The notes under the pieces were generated by a model. It saw only the letters and a list, made by a program, of their open reading frames with translations, had not been told where the DNA came from and made no database searches. From NCBI RefSeq assembly GCF_001194135.2, contig NC_068982.1, positions 28,564,641-28,628,640 on the forward strand: a stretch of 64,000 bases of DNA. Direction: 5' to 3'. The stretch's first letter is position 1, and each line of letters begins with the position of its first letter. This stretch comes from Octopus bimaculoides. Taxonomy: Eukaryota. Shown piece by piece: positions 1-12,860 of this stretch. A program made the translations under genes and the position numbers.

Positions 1-370
1 GTATGAGGAGAAATATGTTTGCGGGTTATTGACATCACGCCGTGGAGGAATGAATAAGATGACAGGAGAATATCATCAAATTTATACAAAACTGTTTGAT
101 TGAATATTCTTCTTTCTCTCTTTTTCTTTTCTTTTTCTGTCGTCTTCCTTTTTCTTTCTTTCTTTCTGCTTATTAAAAAACTGACAAAAGCTGATGATGT
201 CATTCTATCAACGTATGGACGCTGATTACTCACGTTCATAGTCTACGTTTGGTTTCTGAAATTTTGAATTTTCAATCACCATTTGGTTTGAACTTGAGAA
301 AGACAGACGTTCTGTCGAAATGTTGTTCAAAAAATAAAACATCTAAAATCGCGCTCTTCGTTTTGACTAT
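1..370. repeat. Left arm of a large fold-back inverted repeat; partner is 1520-1940; may extend beyond the window start
   Basis: 1-110 (atgaggagaaatatgtttgcgggtt...tttatacaaaactgtttgatt) and 190-370 (ctgatgatgtcatt...ctcttcg...ttgactat) are colinear, diverged reverse complements of 1835-1940 and 1520-1710. Confidence 0.9.
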
Positions 371-408
371 TTACCTTCGTGAAGAGTTACGTCAATCGTT
401 TTTTTTAA

Positions 409-443
<35 letters not shown>

Positions 444-1500
444 GCCACAAAACAAGCAAAACAAAAAAACTCTTTTCAGTATTTAAGGAAGTTAACAAAT
501 ACAAAAAAAGAAAAAAAAGAAATCATACTACCTAATAAATACGAAGAAGAAGAAGAAGAAGAAGAAGAAACAACAAAAGCTATAAAACAAATGAAATCCA
601 AACTAAAATTAGAACAGCAACGGACCATGATAAAACGATGGCAAGAAAAGACTCTACATGGTAAATACTGGGCTAAACTAAATGCAAAAGAAATATACAG
701 AGAAAAATCCCAGCAATGGTTGAAAAGCTCAGGACTCAAAGCAGAGGCTGAAGGATTTTTAATTGTTGCACAAGACCAAAGCCGCACCACCAGAAATTAC
801 CAAAAACATATAATGAAAAGAAACATAACAAGTAACTGTAGAATATGTGGAGATGGACAAGAAACAATAAATCATATTATCTCTGGCTGCCCAGTCCTGG
901 CTAAGAAAGAATAAATTTACAGACACGACAGAGCCGGGACCTATATACACTGGAAGCTATGCCAATACTGTGGAATAACAACAGAAAAAAGATGGTATAA
1001 ACACACGCCAGAAAAGGTCACAGAAAACGAGAAAGCAACCATACTCTGGAATATGCCAATACACACAGATAGAGAAATTAAGGGCAATAAGCCAGATATA
1101 GTTGTCAAAGATCATGAAGGAAAAAAATGGTTTCTAATTGATGTATCAATACCAGCAGATGACGTTTCCCTAAAAGAAATGGAGAAACTTTCAAAATACA
1201 AAGACCTGGAAATAGAGGTAACTCGAGTGTGGAATCTAAAAGCAGAAACAATTCCTATTATAGTAGGCGCTTTAGGTATAATAAAAAAATATTCAGACAA
1301 ATACATAACAAAAACACCAGGACTTACAAATATATATAACATACAGAAAATTGCACTACTGGGCACTGCGCACATCCTACGCAAAACACTTTCAATACAG
1401 TAACCATAAGAGCATCATAGCAAACCACAGCACATACCCAAGCCACACAGAGCTGTGCTCGGTAGTGAAGTGAAAGCACGTTATAAAAATAAAACTAGTG
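444..1500 (+). mobile_element. 5'-truncated non-LTR retrotransposon with restriction-like endonuclease (R2/R4/Dong-like): 3' end of ORF plus 3' UTR
   Basis: A single frame gives the CCHC knuckle CRICGDGQETINHIISGC, then RHD, then the RLE motif KPDIVVKD..LIDVSIPADD..KLSKYKDL. One in-frame TAA at 912-914; ORF ends 1403. Flanked by (AAT)n at 411-443 and 1501-1522. Confidence 0.93.
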
Positions 1501-1519
1501 AATAATAATAATAATAATA

Positions 1520-1940
1520 ATAGTCAAGTCGAAGAGAGCGATTCGATTGTATTAGATATTTTATTTGGTTGAACGCTATTTCAACAGTAAGTCTGTCTTT
1601 GTCAAGTTCAAAATAAGAGGTGATAAAAATTCAAAATTATAGAAATTTAAATTTAAAGTATGAACGAGAGCAACCAGCATCCACACGTTGATGGAATGAC
1701 ATCATCAGGCTTTAAGTTTCAATTTTATAACAGGCGAAAAGAAAAAAGACAGAAAAAGGAAGACAGAAAAAAAACCCAGAAAAAAAAAAAACAGAAAAAA
1801 AGAGGAAACAAAAAAAGAAAAGGAAAAAGAAGAATATTTAATCAAACAGTTTTGTATAAATTTGATGATATTCTCCTGTCATTTTATTCACCCCTCCATG
1901 GCGTGATGTTAGTAACCCGCAAACATATTTCTCCTCATGT
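1520..1940. repeat. Right arm of the fold-back inverted repeat; partner is 1-370
   Basis: Reverse complement aligns to 1-370. The A-rich tract at about 1736-1835 mirrors the T-rich tract at about 111-165. Confidence 0.9.
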
Positions 1941-2790
1941 ATTTTGAGAAGTGAAAGTTAAGTAGATTCAGAATATTTTCTGAGAATATGCACTTTCAAA
2001 TATTTTTCAAAACTTTAGCCGTTTGAAATGAAATGTTCGGCAAGTTCTGTCGAACTACTGTTATTGCGCCTGACGTCGAATCTGTATCCATGAAATATTT
2101 TGTTTAATTATTCCGTTGTACAACCAATATTTTCAACTTCCTTATCTCCATTTTCTTTTCTTCTTTTAAATGGATATATATATATATATATATGTCATAC
2201 ATATAGTATATATATATCATACATATATATACACATCCTACATATATATATATCATATTTATATNNNNNNNNNNNNNNNNNNNNNNNNNNNNNNNNNNNN
2301 NNNNNNNNNNNNNNNNNNNNNNNNNNNNNNNTATATATATATATATATGCATGTTTGTTTATGTGTATCTTATTTTATATTCATTTTGATATGGATAAAG
2401 TTACTCAGTTTGCGATGCGTCTTTACTATCTTTGTAATATTAGTTGCATCTGAAGGCTCCATATTGATAGAACCCATAGTGAGTTTATAATTAATAATTC
2501 TCTAAGTGTAGACATCAGCTGCAAATTGCGATAGGATTACGTTACAATTATTTTTCAATGGAAGAAATATTATAATAAAATGGAAACCTAAGAAATAAGT
2601 ATATTCAAAGGTCGGTACAAGGCTACAAATGTCGGGATGAAATGACATGGCGCAGTTACTTGGACGCAGACGATTTGGCACCGCTGACTGGACATTTAGT
2701 TCGTTTAGTGACGATACTTTGTGGCACTGGAACGCATCGCGCCCGCACACTCACACACGTACACATTCACCCATTAAACGCATAGTAAGA

Positions 2791-2826
<36 letters not shown>

Positions 2827-2875
2827 AGTATTAATTGAATACGATTGTCATAGACCCAATCTCTGTCCCCTCATA

Positions 2876-3930
2876 CACATGGAGAGAAATATGCTGACGC
2901 ACATAAACAAAAGGAGAGAGGAGAGAGAAGAGGCAAGAAAGAGAAAGGAAGACGGAGAGGAGGGAGAGAGAAGAGGAAAGGGAGGCGAAAAAAGGGAAAG
3001 TACAAAGAGGGATAATAAGAGAGAGAGAAAGAGAAAGAAAGAAAGAAAGGAAGAAAGAGGAAAATAGAGAGCGCGGAAGGGAATAAGAGAAACGTTAAAA
3101 TGAGAGAAATCTTAAAACTTCTGGTGTCAAATGAATCAGCGTCAAACAAAGTGGCACCAGAAAAGCCGAGCCAAAACGTCTCATGCTCTATAAATGTTTA
3201 AAAGAGGTATATAGAGCACCGTATTATACATTAATAGCCTATCCAACCCGATGTATATAGTGAAAGCCTCAAGAGTAGATATCAGAAACCACAGTGAAGA
3301 AATTGAATATTGTGAGGTAGCTGTTTAGGCAATTTACCATTTCTGTCACACTACATTCTTTCTTTATCGTAATATCTCATAAAATCCTAACTCAACAACA
3401 CTGTGTTTCGATATTCATTATTCGTAGATAAACTTCCAGTACAAGTCACGAAATTGTCTTTAATGGAAAATTATTCTTTCCATTAATTTTTAAGGATTTA
3501 TACGAAGTTATTACATTCTAAAAGTAAATATAATGCGTCCTATATTTTCTCCATAATATGGATATTCGTTGCACTGAACGAAATGTGATATACAATTGAA
3601 AAAGCACAAAACGAGAGGAAATTCAATGAAACTATTTACATCATTGGAATAGTTGTAACTAGTCTTGATTAAAGCTATCTGTTGACAACTAAATTGATAT
3701 GATTTCTAGTGTTGAGTGCATAAACCTCTTGAAAATTTCGCCACTGTATCCCTTAACCCCTTATCCAATTTATTAATTGAATATGAGTGACATAATCAAT
3801 TTTCTTCATCTTATGCACATAAAGAGAAATATGCTCGAGGGGGAGAGAGAGAGGAGAGGGGAAGAAAGTGAGAGGAAGAAAGAGGGAAGGAAAGAGAAAG
3901 GGAAGGGAAGAAAGAGGGAAGGGAAGAGAG

Positions 3931-3980
<50 letters not shown>

Positions 3981-4690
3981 AAGAGAATGGGAGAAACTTT
4001 AAAATAAGAGAAATCTTAAAACAGTTGATAGATAAGTCAGCGTCGCCAAATAAACAGCGCCAAAACGGCCGTGCTAAATCGTCTCATACCCTATAAATAA
4101 TTAGAAGAGACGTATAGTGGATCATATTATATACTCATAGACCTTATTGAACTCTCTATATATTTTATGGAAAGCTCCAGGGGAAGATATCAGAAAGTAC
4201 TGAGGAGAAATTGAATATTGTGAGGCACTTAACTATTTCTGTCATTCTACAGTAATTTTTTTTTTTGCGATATCTCATAAATCCTGATTCGACAGTATGT
4301 TTCGATATTCATTTTTGGTAGAAAATTTTCCAGTGCAAAGGACAGAATAGTCTCCGAGAAAGATTATTTTTTCCATCAATTTCTAAGGAATCATACGAAG
4401 TTTTGACATTCTAAAAGTGAATATAATGCAGTCCATATTTTCTCCATAATAAGAATATTCCTTACAATGACGGAAATGAGTTATGCCGATCAAAAAGCAC
4501 AAAACCAGATGAAGCTCAATAAAACGACTTACATAAGTGATGCGGTGTAACAAGTTTTGACTAAAGCTTTCTGTTGACAACTAAATTAGAATGACTTACT
4601 TCTATTGTTAAGTACATAAACATCGCGATAATCTCGCTGCTGTATTCCATAATCTCTTATTAATCGAGCGATAGTCTTACACCGATTTCT
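2876..4690 (+). repeat. Old tandem duplication with a period of about 0.9 kb (units about 2876-3815 and 3816-4690), each with a GA-rich block
   Basis: Colinear diverged anchors: gagaaatatgct (about 2885/3824), gagaaatcttaaaac, cgtctcat..ctataaat, gaaattgaatattgtgagg, ttctccataat, ctgttgacaactaaatt. Confidence 0.85.
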
Positions 4691-4948
4691 CTTCTTTCGT
4701 TCTCTCTCTCTCTCTCATTTAGATTCGTTTAGATAATGTTATCATTAGATAATGTTATCGTTTTTACTGTTACTTTCGTAGTTTACGTCTTTCGCGTTCG
4801 ACATCACTGGTTTATCGTTTCGAAATATTGCTTTGATGGTTGTAAGTTTTATTCGTAGATTCTTTCCATTTTCTTTTATTTTCGACTACTTAGTTTTAGT
4901 TATTTTTTTGTCTTACATTTTTTTTGGGGGGGGGGTTTGTTAAATACT

Positions 4949-5167
4949 CTTTTCTACTCTAGGCACAAGGCCCGAAATTTTTGGGGGAGGGGGCCAGTCG
5001 ATTAGATCGACCCCAGTGCGCAACTGGTACTTAATTTATCGACCCCAAAAGGATGAAAGGCAAAGTCGACCTCGGCGGAATTTGAACTCATAACGTAACG
5101 GCAGACGAAATGCATCTAAGCATTTTGCCCGGCGTGCTAACGTTTCTGCCAGCTCGCCGCCTTTGCG
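4949..5167 (-). mobile_element. tRNA-derived SINE, family A (octopus-type), full length
   Basis: Minus strand reads ggcggcgagctggcagaaacgttagcacgccgggc...gagttcaaattccgccgaggtcgactttgcc...ccttgtgcctagagtagaaa, with A/B boxes. 12-bp TSD ttgttaaatact at 4937-4948 and 5168-5179. Confidence 0.92.
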
Positions 5168-5910
5168 TTGTTAAATACTAGTTGTAGATCAACAATGAAG
5201 AATGAGATATTAATTTCTTGGGCTATTAACTTTATCATTACAGATGAACTATTTTTGCTATTTACACGTAGATGTGAATGTAATTTAAAGTGTTTCTTAT
5301 ACCTCTTAAGTTAAAGTTAATAGCACGAAACATAGTCCTATTGATAACATATCAGCTTAGACATTTAAACATGTAGTCTGTAATGGAAAAAAAAAGAAGA
5401 AACTCATTTAAAGAAGTCAAATTGCGGATTCGGTTTTGACTAAACACAAATATCTTGTCTTTTGAAGGTAAGAGAATTGTGAAACTGTGGCACTAATGAT
5501 AGAAATATCAGCTTAAATCAAGTGCCGTGATTTTAACTAGGGATCATAATCATATCACGGGCTGCGTTGTCTGAAAATTCACTTCTTGTTCCACATCACA
5601 TAATCTTAATAGAGAAGCATTGTTTATTTTCGAGTTGACATAAAAAAGGCTTTATATTTTAGGAATGTGGGGATTTCATAAGAGCATTGTGTGTACTTTA
5701 AAAAGAAAAAAAAAGACAGAGAAAAGAATAAAAAGAAAAAAACTAGGTTACAAACTTGATCAAGGAACTTGACTCTCAATCTCGATCTATGGACTTCGCG
5801 TCCCTTTATAACGGAATATAAAATCGTCACAGCGTAAGATTTTATTGTGACTCTGCAATCATGTTAAGTAAAAAGCCATTTTTCTCTATTGATACGCTAT
5901 GTATTGTGCA

Positions 5911-6376
5911 GGCGCAATGGCCCAGTGGTTAGGGCAGCGGACTCGTGGTCATAGGATCGCGGTTTCGATTCCCAGACCGGGTGTTGTGAGTGTTTATTGA
6001 GCGAGAACACATAAAGCCCCACGAGGCTCCGCCAGGGGATGGTGGCGAACCCTGCTGTACTCTTTCACCACAACCTTCTCTCAATCTTACTTCCTGTTTC
6101 TGTTGTACCTGTAATTCAAAGGGTCAGCCTTGTCACACTGTGTCACGCTGAATATCCCCCGAGAACTACGTTAAGGGTACACGAGTCTGTGGANNNNNNN
6201 NNNCAAAGGGTCAGCCTTGTCACACTGTGTCACGCTGAATATCCCCCGAGAACTACGTTAAGGGTACACGAGTCTGTGGAGTGCTCAGACATTTGCACGT
6301 TAATTTCACGTGCAGGCTGTTCCGTTGATCGGATCAACTGGAACCCTCGACGTCGTAAGCGACGGAGTGCCAACAC
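5911..6376 (+). mobile_element. tRNA-derived SINE, family C
   Basis: tRNA-like head ggcgcaatggcccagtggttagg...ggtttcgattcccagacc, unique body and (caa/ca)n tail. The internal duplication across the 10-N gap is probably an artefact. Confidence 0.85.
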
Positions 6377-6409
6377 ACACACGCTACCTATTATTACACG
6401 TGTTTTAAA

Positions 6410-6622
6410 GGCGGTGAGCTGGAGAATCATTAACCGACCGGACAAAATGTTCAATGGTATTTTGTCTGTCTTTACGTTCTGAGTTCAAACTCCGCCTAGG
6501 TTGACTTTGCCTTTCATCCTTTCGGTATCGATAAAATAAATACCAGTTGAGGACTGAAGTTGATGTAATCAACTAACCCCCGCCACATCAAAATTTCAGG
6601 CCTTGTGCGAATAGTAGAAAGA
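6410..6622 (+). mobile_element. SINE family A
   Basis: ggcggtgagctgg...gagttcaaactccgcc...ccttgtgcgaatagtagaaag. Degenerate TSD attattacacgtgttt / attattatacgtattt. Confidence 0.88.
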
Positions 6623-9600
6623 ATTATTATACGTATTTTAATTCTTCATATTTTAACAGATAAAAGAAATCCATTATAATTTCTCGAGATAGAACAATAT
6701 ATAACGGCGTTAATAAAAAATATTTAGAAGACAATAATCTTAATGTGAGTTATTTTTCATCTTTATAAATTCCTTGTTTGCCGCCTGCCATTCAGACTAG
6801 TAATAGTTTATATAAATCAAGCTTGATTGCGAGACAATTCACATTTTACCATAATGATCCCTTAATTTGTTAATATTTCTCGTTAATTTACTAGTTAAAC
6901 CATAGAATGTCTGTGAACATTTGCTTAATATTTAGCTTTATGTCAAACTACGGTCTGTTACCGATTGTTTCTCTATAATGTCGTAATACTTTACGAAATT
7001 CTTCTGTAATTTCGCTAATTTTCCAAAATAGCTATTCCAGATAAAGTAGCTATCCTTCCTCTAGTACCTCTGGTATTTCTTTAGAACTATTTACATCTCC
7101 GAAGTCAAGTTTTCCACATGCGTACTCGTATCTCAGTTTCGTATTAATCATAGTCTAAACTTTACAAGACATATCTGTTATCTATAGAACTGCGTAAAGC
7201 TTCTATTTTCGCTTTTTTATTTTCATCTAATTGTTCTTTATGATTCCATTTCGTGAAAATATTGTATGTAAATTGGAATCATGTAAATGGGTATTTCCCC
7301 TTATTGAATATACTTTATCTCACCAAGCAAGTGTTCTATACTTGCTAGAATTTCGATAAATGTTTTTAGGTCGTTCAAAATATCACTCAGTCAGACGGTT
7401 GTTGACATTTCACATGATATGTACAGCAGCTAATGTTCAAAACATATTTTAAACGGTTTGAACTTAGGTTATTTACAGCAAGATTTCATAAGGAATGACA
7501 TCAGTTAATTCAAAGCGTTGCTGTTTCTATGTAGCACTAATTCAGAATATATGGTGAGATTGTCCACACTTTTAATTTTATATTCCGTAAGAATTTGCGC
7601 ATTCTTTTGCTCATTTGCTGTGCTGAAAAATTGCTTTTCTCTCATGTAGTTTATGAAACAAGAATAAGTGCTTTTCTGTTTGTTTATTTCTTTTTAACGT
7701 AAAGACAGACGTCTATACATTGGAGAAGTGAATAAACTGCATTTCAAAAACATCAGTAGGTTGTCATGTCGATAGGATATCTGGCAAACAGTTGATAAGT
7801 AGTTGGAGGTTCATATTCTCTCACTGAAGCAGTGCAGTGAATAATTCAAGGATTATAGTAACAGTCTACCGATAAGAGACAATGCATATTTGATATTTTT
7901 ATTTATTATTTATTTATGGGTTTGTCAGGTGAAGAAGCATTTCTGGAAAGGGAGAACTGAGTGTAGTGATAAATGTGGGACCTGCGGGTGTGTGAATACA
8001 TCAAAGAGTTAAGGCTGAAACAGACGAATGGAGCGTGGATGAGAGTGGAGTGGGTATGAGCCAAGATAACTCCAAAGAGCAGAGATCATTATAACTGCGG
8101 TAGAAAAAGCAGAAAAGAGTTTGCCTGTGGACCAGAGACCGGATCCTATCATTTCAGGATACCGTCTCAGATATCAATGTCTGTGTTCAGCAGTAGCTCT
8201 GTTTCACAGATGAGAAAAATACTCCTTTTTAAATACATATTTATGTATTTCATATACTCATATTTCATTGAAGTGCCTCTGCTTTCTCTAAAATTAAAAA
8301 AAATAAACATTTCAATTTTGGGTATTTCAGTAAACTGAAATTCTCGTCTGTTATACACTGTTTCAATGCTGAANNNNNNNNNNNNNNNNNNNNNNNNNNN
8401 NNNNNNNNNNNNNNNNNNNNNNNNNNNNNNNNNNNNNNNNNNNNNNNNNNNNNNNNNNNNNNNNNNNNNNNNNNNNNNNNNNNNNNNNNNNNNNNNNNNN
8501 NNNNNNNNNNNNNNNNNNNNNNNNNNNNNNNNNNNNNNNNNNNNNNNNNNNNNNNNNNNNNNNNNNNNNNNNNNNNNNNNNNNNNNNNNNNNNNNNNNNN
8601 NNNNNNNNNNNNNNNNNNNNNNNNNNNNNNNNNNNNNNNNNNNNNNNNNNNNNNNNNNNNNNNNNNNNNNNNNNNNNNNNNNNNNNNNNNNNNNNNNNNN
8701 NNNNNNNNNNNNATATATATATATATATATATATATACACTTAAGCACCGGTGATAAGGTACTATCAAATATTAATGTATTTGTGAATCTTGACACCAAA
8801 TTGTCTCCAGTGAAGAAAATGGAGCAAGATTTTTTATATAAAATATGCACGTGAGGCAAGGAGATGTTTTTTCTTCATATCATATTGCAGATGCAATCAG
8901 CTTAAGTTATCATAAGCTAATGTTTCTTTTTTTATAATTACTGTATCTAATTATTCGCTTCATAAATGTGGTGGAACGGTAGAACTTGTAGGGTATTCAA
9001 CTGAATTCCATTCCACTATGGTCGATAAAATGAATACCAAATATGAACTGTTGTTCGCTCTATCAGCTATACCTATCTCGCCCTAGATTTTAACCTTCTT
9101 TTAATATAAGAAATGATAATTATCATATAAAGCCTAATTGTTAATTCTATTACTTATCTCAGAGACTTTTACTATGAGTTTGAGTTACTCTTTTTACAAG
9201 GTGAGGAATATGAAGGAAATACTTTGCATTAAACATTAAAATGATTTCTCTAAATAAAACATATTTCCAAATGAAGACATTACTTTTGCTTAATATATAG
9301 AAAATAAAAGTTGTGGAAGTTATAATAGAAGTAGGTGTTGCTAGCTCTTATCGAGTATGTCTGATTAAAGTATAACTGTAATTTTTATGTCTAGGAATAT
9401 ATTTTCCAATACGTATATCCTGTTTTAGGGCGGTCAGGTAAATCTAGTACCTCAGAAACTCTAGAAGGTTGCTGAAGTGACCCTAGAGTGATTCTAGAGG
9501 GTCACAATTTGGCTCTAGTTTTAAATGGTAGGTATAGTAGAAATGTCGATATCGTAAAACCTGATGATGATGATGATGACGATGATGAGAATTGCAAGTT

Positions 9601-9841
9601 TATTTATTCCTGATATGATTGTGTTTTTTTTTATTTGTCATTGTGAAACATGAAAAGTAACATAACCGTTAAATAATTATTCTCACTAAATTCAAACATT
9701 TGATAATATAAAAAGGAAAAAAAAATTGATTGGCAAACAAGGGTTGTAAACTAGTAATCCAGAAACTACGTCCAGAGTCACTCTTCTCATCATACCTCAC
9801 CATGCCTTGTCTTACCCACACAACGTATGTTGGCACAAAAT

Positions 9842-10008
9842 TCATTGCGTAAACTTATTTCTCAAGTGTTGCAACTCCCAGAAGTTCTTTTCCTCCTCCA
9901 TATTTATGTTGCAAATGTCAATCTGCAGAAGTTGATCCTGAATCTGAAGCAAGTCAACCTCACTAACTTTAGAAGGCCATTGGGCGTCAAGAGTGTTCAC
10001 CCTTCTCA
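9842..10008 (-). CDS. Candidate last coding exon of an unidentified gene: (V)RRVNTLDAQWPSKVSEVDLLQIQDQLLQIDICNINMEEEKNFWELQHLRNKFTQ*
   Basis: Polypyrimidine tract plus AG acceptor (tttttttcttttctgtcaag|) at 10009. Only one frame is open (55 codons including TGA). Protein-like composition and higher GC than the flanks. A GTAAG donor lies 26 nt after the stop. Family not recognised. Confidence 0.55.
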
Positions 10009-10200
10009 CTTGACAGAAAAGAAAAAAACACGCAGAGATTAAAAAAATCTATTCGTCATGACTTTGATTTGGTATAGCATTCTAGAATGTTTGAATCGAG
10101 TTCTGAGCTTAAAAAAATTGGGGGTTGCCATTATTTTTCATTATCACAGTGGCTATGAAATATTCAATAAGAATACGATATTGGCATTCATTCTTATATG

Positions 10201-10278
<78 letters not shown>

Positions 10279-11013
10279 TATATATATACACACACACATA
10301 TATATATGTATGTGTGTGTGTGTGTGTGCGTGTGTGTGTGTGTGTGCAGACATATGCATTTATATGTATTTAGAAGTTTATAATTATTTGCAGATATATC
10401 TCTGACATATTTCAACAAAACCGTCTGCTAAATAAATTCCATTTTTAAACGTTTACTAAGGTAGTAAATGGCCTATCGATGAATATTGTATTATTCGATT
10501 TGAATGTAACGGTAATTTTTTTATTTATTAAGAAGGAAATCACTAACGTACTGTTGGTATATATTACATGATAGCATTAGGTAAATAATTCAGTTCAATT
10601 GCTTAAAGTTTCAATCCAAGTGATATACTCTCAACATTGCAAGTACCGAAAAATCCTAAGCGGCCGTTATAGAGTGTCACTAGCTGCTCTTAGTACATAA
10701 ATATAACCCTCAATTCTCGCTATTGTTGCAAGTTGCATCGTTAGTAGAAGCGCAATGCGACACATGTACAAAAAATGAAGATGAAAAGATGGGTTTATGT
10801 TTGGAAGCCTAGTTCTCTAAGGATTCAATCAGCTGCAGAATTCATGACTTGAATAATTAAACATAATAGAATTTTTTTTTTAAATCTGTGTGTGAAGACA
10901 ATTCAAGATATTTCGAGAGTTACGGAGGAGAGAAATGCATTATATAATATTTCTGTGTAGTGATATTTTAAGTAAATATTTATAGAATAAAAGTACGTGA
11001 AATGCTTAGTTAC

Positions 11014-11133
11014 TGGTGGTGTCGGAAATGGAATGTTTAGTGTATTTTGTGTTAAGGTTAGAAACCATCTGGAGAATATCATAGCTTTTACTACATCATT
11101 GTCTTTTATACTAAAGACAAGGTTAGCAAGCAT
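11014..11133 (-). CDS. Weak candidate internal exon, 120 nt: MLANLVFSIKDNDVVKAMIFSRWFLTLTQNTLNIPFPTPP
   Basis: Acceptor attactttcag| and donor |gtaact, with an open phase 0-0 frame. The phase does not directly match the 10008 exon. Confidence 0.2.
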
Positions 11134-11269
11134 CTGAAAGTAATTCTAATACTATTTTACAGCTTCAAGGAGATCAGTAACAGATATAGGTTGTTCATAC
11201 AGTAGAACGAGAGTGAAATGCATCATTGGCTCTGGTAGAAGATCATTGTTATCAATTTAAACACATTGC

Positions 11270-11449
11270 GGACGCGAGCTGGAAAAGTCGTTAGCACACC
11301 GGACAAAATACTTATTCGTATTTCGTCCGTCTTTATGTTCTGAGTTCAAATTTCGCCTAGGTCGACTTTGCCTTTCATCCTTTTGGGGTCGATAAAGTAA
11401 GTAACAGTGGCAAAATTTGAAATTATTATGATTATGATTATTATTATTG

Positions 11450-11492
<43 letters not shown>

Positions 11493-11685
11493 GGCTGCCA
11501 GCTGGCAGAATCGTTAACACACCAGGGAAAATTCTTAGCGGCTTTTCATACTGCTTTACCTTCTGAGTTCAAATTTCGCCGAGGTCGACTTTGCCTTTCA
11601 TTCTTTCGGGCTCGATAAATTAAGTAAACACTGTAATCGATTATCCTCCAAATTTTAGGCCTTGTGGCTATAATAGAAAGGCTTA
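11270..11685 (+). mobile_element. Two tandem SINE family A copies (11270-11410 truncated; 11491-11685) separated by an (ATT)n array
   Basis: Both carry ctgagttcaaatttcgcc..aggtcgactttgcctttcat. (ATT)n at about 11424-11490. Confidence 0.85.
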
Positions 11686-12289
11686 TTATTACATTATTTT
11701 TTGAGCTATTTTGAAATCGGGGTGAAGGTTTATTGGTCTATTTTTCTCCACCAGAATGACACTGAAAAATATGAAATCTCGGTTATTTAGTTAAGAGATA
11801 TACACTTTATTTCGTCAGATAAACTTTTGTGGGAAAACCGCCGAAAATCACAAAACAGCGATAAATTCAATGAGTGAATGAAGAAATCTCTATACAATCA
11901 TTGGACCATATAGAAATAACAACGAAGTGTCCAGCGAATTCTGTGTTACTATTCTAAAGAAAAGGATTTTTGAATAATATAATCTTAGATTCATCACTCC
12001 TGAAAAATTGGGGTGGTCACTGCTAGAAAAACTTTGATCATTGATCTGCTAAATGAAGGCTAATCTAGCACTAAACAGCGCCAGCAGCAACAGCTCACAT
12101 GATAATAGCTTACAGAACTGAGTATAAAAATTCAGTGTAAACTTAGTTTCGTCTTATTCGTACTCTGAACAGCAATTGATAATCTATGAAGTGTACATTT
12201 ATACGAAAAATCATCATTTTGCCGGAAAACAATTAAACGAAGAGATACAAACAGACCTCATCATCAGACCATTAAACTTTGAGATAGTC

Positions 12290-12860
12290 CAGGGTTCGGG
12301 GAAATGTTTTAACTATTTACCGCAAAATATATATATTTGTGCTGACGTTACCCGCTTGATTTGAAAGGAAGAAATCATAGATTCTTTGAATTCAAAAGGT
12401 TTATTGAATCTATTTATATGGAGAATACAATTATGAATATAAAAAGTATAAAACAAATGCAATGAAACAAATTAATATCTTCATTATGAAATAATAGGAT
12501 TTTTCTAGAATATTTTCCCTTCAGATTTTGGAGAAATGATGTTTCATTTTTGTTACAATTACATCAAAATTGGGGCATTTTGATGCCAGAGCAATTTCGA
12601 TACAGTCTTCGGGGTCCAGTCGATTACTCTGCTTTGTTTTTATGTTCATTGGAGTGGAAAATATTTGTTCACAAAGATAAGTTGTTGCAAAAGGCAGCAA
12701 CTTTTTGACTGCTTCCTCATGCAAGAAAAAAAATTTCTGTCGTAACAAGGAACACGTTTTTTTTTGTATGGTTTTACTTATATCTAATGGGTCCTCATTA
12801 CTCCCAAGAATTTCATTTTAACCCCAGTTAGGGTAATTTACCCCTGTTCACCGACCTCTG
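12290..12860 (-). mobile_element. Internally deleted hAT DNA transposon (Buster/Charlie-like)
   Basis: TIRs cagggttcggggaa and cagaggtcggtgaa (11/14 match). 8-bp TSD agatagtc (12282-12289) / acatagtc (12861-12868) with central TA. Transposase C-terminus LLPFATTYLCEQIFS...IKTKQSNRLD at 12521-12748. Confidence 0.9.

Noticed and set aside
5911-5985. tRNA genes at SINE heads (families A, B, C)
   Set aside because: A/B boxes are present but there is no complete cloverleaf, and each continues into a SINE body.
6117-6280. Direct duplication of about 76 bp inside the family C SINE
   Set aside because: Identical copies flank a 10-N gap, which is typical of an unmerged contig overlap.
9827-10042. 71-aa plus-strand ORF
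   Set aside because: It is the antisense shadow of the minus-strand exon, which has the splice signals.
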